DNA of 39,629 bases from an uncultured Pseudomonadales bacterium. GTDB taxonomy: Bacteria > Patescibacteriota > Microgenomatia > UBA1400 > PJMF01. Within the stretch, counting starts at the first letter, position 1, and every line of letters begins with the position of its first letter. The notes below the pieces were generated by a model that saw only the letters and a list, made by a program, of their open reading frames with translations, ran no database searches and had not been told where the DNA came from. This document shows, piece by piece, positions 35,065 through 39,629 of the stretch. The position numbers and the translations under genes are program-made. The DNA lies in assembly GCA_964554155.1 (NCBI GenBank), contig CAZKNL010000001.1:25998-65626 (forward strand), written 5' to 3'.

Positions 35065-35433
35065 ATGAGAGGTTTCATTAACTTTATTCGCGAACACGAG
35101 GTAGTTGAGTTCGCAGCGGGTTTTATTATCGGTGGATCGGTCACTAAACTGGTTTCGTCCGTAGTAAATGACTTATTAAATCCACTGATTGGAATCTTGC
35201 TTGGTCCAGCTGGTAATTTAAAAGATAACTATTGGCAAGTTGGGAAAGCCCAAATACTGTACGGTAGTTTTTTGACAACACTCCTTGATTTTTTAATGAT
35301 TACTTTGGTTGTATATCTCAGTATTAAGGTCTTTCGGTTCGACCGCTTAGATAAGAAAAAAGAGCCGAAAGAAACAGATTCTCCTTCTTTCTCCAAAAAG
35401 GCGCTTGTTCAGAAGTCTGTTCACAAACATTAA
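35065..35433 (+). CDS. mscL: Large-conductance mechanosensitive channel
   Basis: MRGFINFIREHEVVEFAAGFIIGGSVTKLVSSVVNDLLNPLIG is MscL-like. The start is taken at the ATG at 35065 rather than the GTG at 35026 in the ORF track. Confidence 0.85.
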   Translation: MRGFINFIREHEVVEFAAGFIIGGSVTKLVSSVVNDLLNPLIGILLGPAGNLKDNYWQVGKAQILYGSFLTTLLDFLMITLVVYLSIKVFRFDRLDKKKEPKETDSPSFSKKALVQKSVHKH

Positions 35434-35446
35434 ATCTCGTCCCATC

Positions 35447-36433
35447 TCACTTTTGGAAGAACTGTTCTTCTAAGACATTTCCGCGGTCATCAACGAATTG
35501 ATAATGAAGAGTGCTCCCCTGTACGGTCACTGCTAAAAATCCATACCCCTCGTGAACAAATCGATCAGGATTATTTTCAACAACTTTGCGGATAGTTGCT
35601 CCACCACCCCCAGCAACCAGTTGTTTGACTGAGCATCCTTCAAGCTGACCTCTATCTTCAAGCAGGTGCGCATGGCCAGCAGCATAAAAATCTGCAGTAT
35701 GACAAACTTCTTCGAGTAGTTTGGTTTTGCCGCTCCAATCTTCGTGATACTTAGAGACTTCAAAAGACTCAATTGGGCGATGGCCGACTATGACTTTCCA
35801 AGTTTTGGTTGAGCTCTGGAGCGTTTTGTGTAGCCATTGTTGTTGGACTGCGTCAAATTTTTCCGTATCAATCACAAAAAACTCTATTTCTGGCAGCGGT
35901 TTGACAGGAGGTCGCTCTGTAGCATTGAGCAATTCTGGGACAGAGTAATACGAAGCTGGCATGTTCCATTTTTGAGATTTGGCCGAGTAATCTAGATAGC
36001 ATTGGGTACAACCAGCATAGTCATGATTCCCAAAGGCAATGTAAAAAGGCAAGTTAATTTCGGCGTAGGGCTGCTCGAACTTGGTTTGGAATTGAGGGTC
36101 ATCAATGTTTTTGACGCCTTCTTCGTAAATTACGTCGCCAAGGATCAGCACTGCTTGGCAATTTTGAATGTGGTCACAGTACTCTTTAATGGCCGTGGCA
36201 ACTTGTTTTTGAGCTGGTAAACCTGATCCGGTATCACCAACTAGGATGTAGGTTGTTTCAGGAATTGGAGAAGGTGAGGGCGAAGAAAAAGATGCGTCAT
36301 CCGAAGTTTTTGTTTTTTGAGCTGTGAAAAGAAGTCTAAAAAAATGGAGTTTGGCTGCACTACCACCTACTAAAAGACCAACGATGAATACGCTGACAAA
36401 AATGATCCACCAACGTTTGATGAACGCTCTCAT
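35447..36433 (-). CDS. Membrane-anchored calcineurin-like metallophosphoesterase
   Basis: 328-aa ORF with an N-terminal TM helix and the motifs GDTGSG, GDVIYEEG, GNHDY, VGHRP and GHAH. Confidence 0.8.
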   Translation of the reverse strand: MRAFIKRWWIIFVSVFIVGLLVGGSAAKLHFFRLLFTAQKTKTSDDASFSSPSPSPIPETTYILVGDTGSGLPAQKQVATAIKEYCDHIQNCQAVLILGDVIYEEGVKNIDDPQFQTKFEQPYAEINLPFYIAFGNHDYAGCTQCYLDYSAKSQKWNMPASYYSVPELLNATERPPVKPLPEIEFFVIDTEKFDAVQQQWLHKTLQSSTKTWKVIVGHRPIESFEVSKYHEDWSGKTKLLEEVCHTADFYAAGHAHLLEDRGQLEGCSVKQLVAGGGGATIRKVVENNPDRFVHEGYGFLAVTVQGSTLHYQFVDDRGNVLEEQFFQK

Positions 36434-36445
36434 ACACAGATCTCA

Positions 36446-37741
36446 CTAGGCATTTTTCTTAAAGATACTCATCCCAGGATAGGTTGCTGCACTCCCCAAT
36501 TCTTCTTCGATGCGCAGGAGTTGATTGTACTTCGCCATCCGCTCAGATCTTGACATCGAACCAGTTTTAATTTGACCAGTAGATAAACCAACAACAAAGT
36601 CAGCAATCGTGGTATCTTCTGTTTCACCCGAGCGGTGAGAAACAATGGCGTGATAGCCATTTTGGCGAGCTAAGTCAATTGCGCGGATAGTCTCAGTAAC
36701 TGTGCCTATTTGATTCAACTTAATCAAAATGGCGTTGGCTGCATGTTGGTTAATCCCTTGCTGTAAACGTTCAACATTCGTCACAAACAGATCGTCTCCG
36801 ACCAGTTGGATGGTGCTGCCAAGCTTTTCGGTCAACTTGACATAGCCCTCCCAGGCATCTTGGTCCAGACCGTCTTCAATTGAGACAATTGGGAATTGAT
36901 TCACCCATTCTTGATATAGTCCAATCAGTTCATCTTCAGTCAGTTGGCGATGTTCACTTGCCAAGTTGTACGTGCCATCTTGAAAGAATTCACTGGCAGC
37001 GGCATCAATGGCTAAGACAATATCTTTTCCTAACTGGTAACCAGCAGTGGTGATTGCTTCAACCAGTTTTCCCACTGCGGCTTTGTTATCACCCAGACTT
37101 GGTGCAAAGCCACCTTCATCACCAACGGTAGTGGCAAAGCCAGCTTGATGAAGGTTGTTCTTCAGTTGCATGAAGACCGTGGCAGCCATTTCCATCGCTT
37201 CGTGGAAGCTGCTGGCGCCAACGGGCAGAATCATAAACTCTTGGAAGTCTGAAGAGTGAGTCGCATGTTTTCCTCCATTTAAAACATTAATCATTGGCAC
37301 AGGCAGGATGAGTTGGGGTGGAACAGTTGTGGAAAGACCGCGAAAGTATTGGTACAGTGGTTGCTTGCGACTGACAGCGATTGCTTTAGAAAGAGCCATC
37401 GAGACAGCTAAAATTGTGTTGGCCCCCAGTTTGCTTTTATTCGGAGTTCCATCTGCAGCAATCATTGCCTCGTCAACTTTGAGTTGATCAGCTTCCATAT
37501 TTTGCATCAGCGGAAATAGAACCTCAGTTACATTTTTGACGGCTTGATGGACACCCTTTCCGCCTAAACGCTTGTCTTGTTCATCGCGCAGTTCAACTGC
37601 TTCATAGATGCCAGTGGAAGCTCCAGAAGGAACAGCCGCGCGACCAAAAGAGCCATCAGACAAGAAAAGATCGGCCTCAACCGTGGGATTGCCTCTAGAG
37701 TCAAAGATTTCTCGGGCGGTAATTTTGGAGATAGTTGGCAT
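36446..37741 (-). CDS. eno: Enolase
   Basis: 431-aa ORF with REIFDSRGNPTVEAD, SHRSGETED and an IKTGS-type loop. Confidence 0.97.
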   Translation of the reverse strand: MPTISKITAREIFDSRGNPTVEADLFLSDGSFGRAAVPSGASTGIYEAVELRDEQDKRLGGKGVHQAVKNVTEVLFPLMQNMEADQLKVDEAMIAADGTPNKSKLGANTILAVSMALSKAIAVSRKQPLYQYFRGLSTTVPPQLILPVPMINVLNGGKHATHSSDFQEFMILPVGASSFHEAMEMAATVFMQLKNNLHQAGFATTVGDEGGFAPSLGDNKAAVGKLVEAITTAGYQLGKDIVLAIDAAASEFFQDGTYNLASEHRQLTEDELIGLYQEWVNQFPIVSIEDGLDQDAWEGYVKLTEKLGSTIQLVGDDLFVTNVERLQQGINQHAANAILIKLNQIGTVTETIRAIDLARQNGYHAIVSHRSGETEDTTIADFVVGLSTGQIKTGSMSRSERMAKYNQLLRIEEELGSAATYPGMSIFKKNA

Positions 37742-37751
37742 ACGATTATCT

Positions 37752-38390
37752 TTATTGCGGGTATTTTTCTAACCAGCTCTTGAGTTTGTCCATTTCTTCT
37801 GTGTGAACTTTTGAGAGATTTTGAGCAAACGCTTTGAAGTTCTCTTTGTTTGTTTGGTTTGCAACTGCACCAGCCATTTCAATTGTGGCAGCATGGTGAT
37901 CAATCATCGCTCTGATATATGCTTTGTCTAACTCTTGACCCGAGAGTTGAGTCAGGTCAGGCATGAACTTGGTATATCCTGGCGTATCTGTATACTGACG
38001 ACCGTACCATTTTTGATAGAAACCCAACATGGTCCAGATCTCTTTGTTCCGTTGGTTTATAGCATTGGTCGCATAACTTTTTAAGTCTGAGTTCGCGGTC
38101 TTAGTGAGTAAGTACCGAGAACTATCAACTGCTTCTTGGTTGTACGGAATCATTTGGTTGAGGAACTCTTCTTCACTTTTTAAAACTACAATCTGTTTTT
38201 TCTCATTTGCAGAGGGTTGCGAGGAAACTTGATTGGCTGGTCTTGTCTTCGGTGCTTGCTTGTGACTCCACCAGCTTCCAACAGCAAGGCAAACGAATAG
38301 GATCATTACGACAACTATCAACGTAGGTAGTTCGATGCGATATGAAAGCTTTTTTAGGTTCTTAGAACGTGATTTCTTCACTCCAGCCAT
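37752..38390 (-). CDS. DUF305 domain protein (membrane-anchored, four-helix-bundle-like)
   Basis: 212-aa ORF with an N-terminal TM helix and DUF305-like repeats (MIPYNQEAV, MIDHHAATIEMA). This is a family call from memory. Confidence 0.75.
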   Translation of the reverse strand: MAGVKKSRSKNLKKLSYRIELPTLIVVVMILFVCLAVGSWWSHKQAPKTRPANQVSSQPSANEKKQIVVLKSEEEFLNQMIPYNQEAVDSSRYLLTKTANSDLKSYATNAINQRNKEIWTMLGFYQKWYGRQYTDTPGYTKFMPDLTQLSGQELDKAYIRAMIDHHAATIEMAGAVANQTNKENFKAFAQNLSKVHTEEMDKLKSWLEKYPQ

Positions 38391-38409
38391 GATACTCCTA
38401 GGTAGTCCT

Positions 38410-38438
38410 TTGCGCCAAGCGTATTTTATGTCTATACT
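38410..38438 (+). promoter_or_regulatory. Candidate promoter for the lipoprotein gene
   Basis: TTGCGC (38410..38415), a 17-nt spacer, then TATACT (38433..38438). A GGAGG Shine-Dalgarno sequence at 38457..38461 precedes the ATG at 38469. Confidence 0.4.
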
Positions 38439-38468
38439 ATCAAAAGAACATTGATCGGAGGAATACCC

Positions 38469-39044
38469 ATGAAAGCAAAAATTGTATTTGCAACGACGTT
38501 AGTACTAAGTAGTCTGCTGTTTGTCGGATGTAAACCAAAGACAGTGGAACCATCTGTCGTGTCTTCTCCAACTCCTGCTGCCCAACCTGTCAAAGTCCAA
38601 GCCGAGGCTGCTCAGGTGCAAAAAGATATTTGTGGCAAATTAACAGCCACTGCAGTGAGCTCAGCAGTGGGCACCAAAGTGATGGCCCCCACTGTTACCA
38701 CCATCGACTCAACAACTGGAGCAAAACGTCATGTCTGTACATATAGTAAAGATGGTGATCCAGGTACAAATGTGGTGTATTTGAATGTGACTTTTAAAGG
38801 TGAAAATAAATCTGAGATGTTCCAACAGCTCTGGGAAAATCAAAAAGTAGCACAAAAAGATCCTTTGGAAGAAGTTGCTCAATTGGGAAGTCAGGCATTC
38901 TATGGTGTTGTTGATAAACAACCAGTTTTATATGTCTTAACTGAAAATGGTCAGTACTGGTTACGGCTGGGCATGACTACCCAAAATGTGAACAAACAAA
39001 AAGAAGTTTTGAAGAAAATGGCTGGTTCTATTGTGGGGAAGTAA
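38469..39044 (+). CDS. Lipoprotein, unknown function
   Basis: MKAKIVFATTLVLSSLLFVGC is a signal peptide with a lipobox. The start is taken at the ATG at 38469, which has a strong SD, rather than the TTG at 38451. Confidence 0.65.
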   Translation: MKAKIVFATTLVLSSLLFVGCKPKTVEPSVVSSPTPAAQPVKVQAEAAQVQKDICGKLTATAVSSAVGTKVMAPTVTTIDSTTGAKRHVCTYSKDGDPGTNVVYLNVTFKGENKSEMFQQLWENQKVAQKDPLEEVAQLGSQAFYGVVDKQPVLYVLTENGQYWLRLGMTTQNVNKQKEVLKKMAGSIVGK

Positions 39045-39067
39045 GTTGATGGGCACGGGTGCCAACT

Positions 39068-39538
39068 TTACTTTTCAGCAACAATATATTTCTCAATCAC
39101 TTTTTGAACAGTTCGCGGCAATTGATATGTATTGATTTCGTTGAGCGGAACGAAGTTGACCCACTCAATGTCTTTTTCTGTGGGTTGTGCTAATTCACCT
39201 ACTACATCTGCCAGATAAAAAAGTTGGAGTGTTTGATGGAAGTTGTTTTCGCGGTGATAAAACCAATCAACTTGCGCATGCAACAGTTTTCCTAAAATAA
39301 ACTGGGCACCTGCTTCTTCCCGACCTTCGCGTTGGAGGGCCTCTTCAATCTTTTCACCAAACTCAATTCCGCCACCTGGGATGTCATAGAGTTTCTCACG
39401 CTTGTTTTTGATGATTAGGAGTTTGCCGTCTTTGACGATCAGTACGTACGCAGAGACTCGCCAACTGAGTGGCGATCCATCGTAAGGAACAATTTCTCCA
39501 TCAGCGTTGTGGTAAATGCGTTTGCTTGGGTTGGGCAT
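39068..39538 (-). CDS. NUDIX hydrolase
   Basis: 156-aa ORF with the Nudix box GGGIEFGEKIEEALQREGREEAG. Confidence 0.85.
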   Translation of the reverse strand: MPNPSKRIYHNADGEIVPYDGSPLSWRVSAYVLIVKDGKLLIIKNKREKLYDIPGGGIEFGEKIEEALQREGREEAGAQFILGKLLHAQVDWFYHRENNFHQTLQLFYLADVVGELAQPTEKDIEWVNFVPLNEINTYQLPRTVQKVIEKYIVAEK

Positions 39539-39566
39539 GAGTTCCCTTTATTTATTCATTTCCCAT

Positions 39567-39629
39567 TTAACCATATTTTTGACGGTATTTCTTTGCCTCC
39601 TTAAAAGCTAAGTCCACAGCTTGTTCAGG
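39567..39629 (-). CDS. 3' end of an unidentified CDS (N-terminal part lies outside the window)
   Basis: An open frame on the minus strand from the window edge reads PEQAVDLAFKEAKKYRQKYG, then TAA at 39569..39567. It is too short to identify. Confidence 0.3.
   Translation of the reverse strand, partial: PEQAVDLAFKEAKKYRQKYG

Noticed and set aside
24064-38468. N-terminal extensions offered by the ORF track (24064, 27854, 31109, 32254, 34166, 35026, 38451)
   Set aside because: Each extension overlaps the neighbouring gene or lacks a ribosome-binding site. In every case a downstream in-frame start gives a sensible N-terminus, such as a signal peptide, Rossmann motif or MscL N-terminus, or removes the overlap with the neighbouring gene.
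39045-39067. Hairpin between the convergent lipoprotein and NUDIX genes as a bidirectional terminator
   Set aside because: Only a 4-bp stem (ggca/tgcc) can form, and the flanking T-runs are poor. This is too weak to call.
1-39629. Alternative genetic code (UGA recoding, as in some candidate phyla)
   Set aside because: All conserved genes (rpoB, rpoC, fusA, tuf, alaS, eno) are full length under the standard code. TGA is used as a genuine stop, for example in alaS and the OmpR-type regulator.

Overview
The window is mostly a minus-strand core gene block. It holds rpoB-rpoC, then rpsL-rpsG-fusA-tuf, then a ~800 nt insert, then rpsJ-rplC-rplD-rplW. About 25 kb of housekeeping and cell-envelope genes follow: mltG, ruvX, a sortase, alaS, DUF948/YtxH, a rodZ-like gene, yqeY, a COG0523 GTPase, sppA, two two-component systems, dgkA, an LCP protein, surE, mscL, a metallophosphoesterase, eno, DUF305 and a NUDIX hydrolase. 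Long ORFs are intact under the standard bacterial code. Features such as a short AlaRS, tailed ribosomal proteins, tight gene packing, and sortase/LCP/lipoproteins fit a small-genome, Gram-positive-like lineage, possibly Patescibacteria/CPR. That placement is inference only. I found no rRNA, CRISPR array, transposase, integrase, reverse transcriptase or recognisable defence gene. This is mostly ordinary core genome. The leads worth following are: (1) a two-gene module, a 706-aa bitopic protein with a degenerate actin-like domain plus a sortase, inserted into the conserved alaS-ruvX-mltG neighbourhood; (2) a non-canonical tRNA-like gene with an alanine-type acceptor stem (G3:U70, A73) between tuf and rpsJ, with an inverted partial copy of its 5' half nearby; (3) two long intergenic inverted repeats that share a loop motif; (4) a CTAG-rich motif repeated upstream of rpsL and rpsG; (5) an orphan 219-aa gene upstream of rpoB; (6) a sensor-less minimal two-component pair next to an uncharacterised membrane protein. 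All family assignments come from reading the translations by eye, not from searches. Coordinates of small motifs may be off by 1-2 nt.
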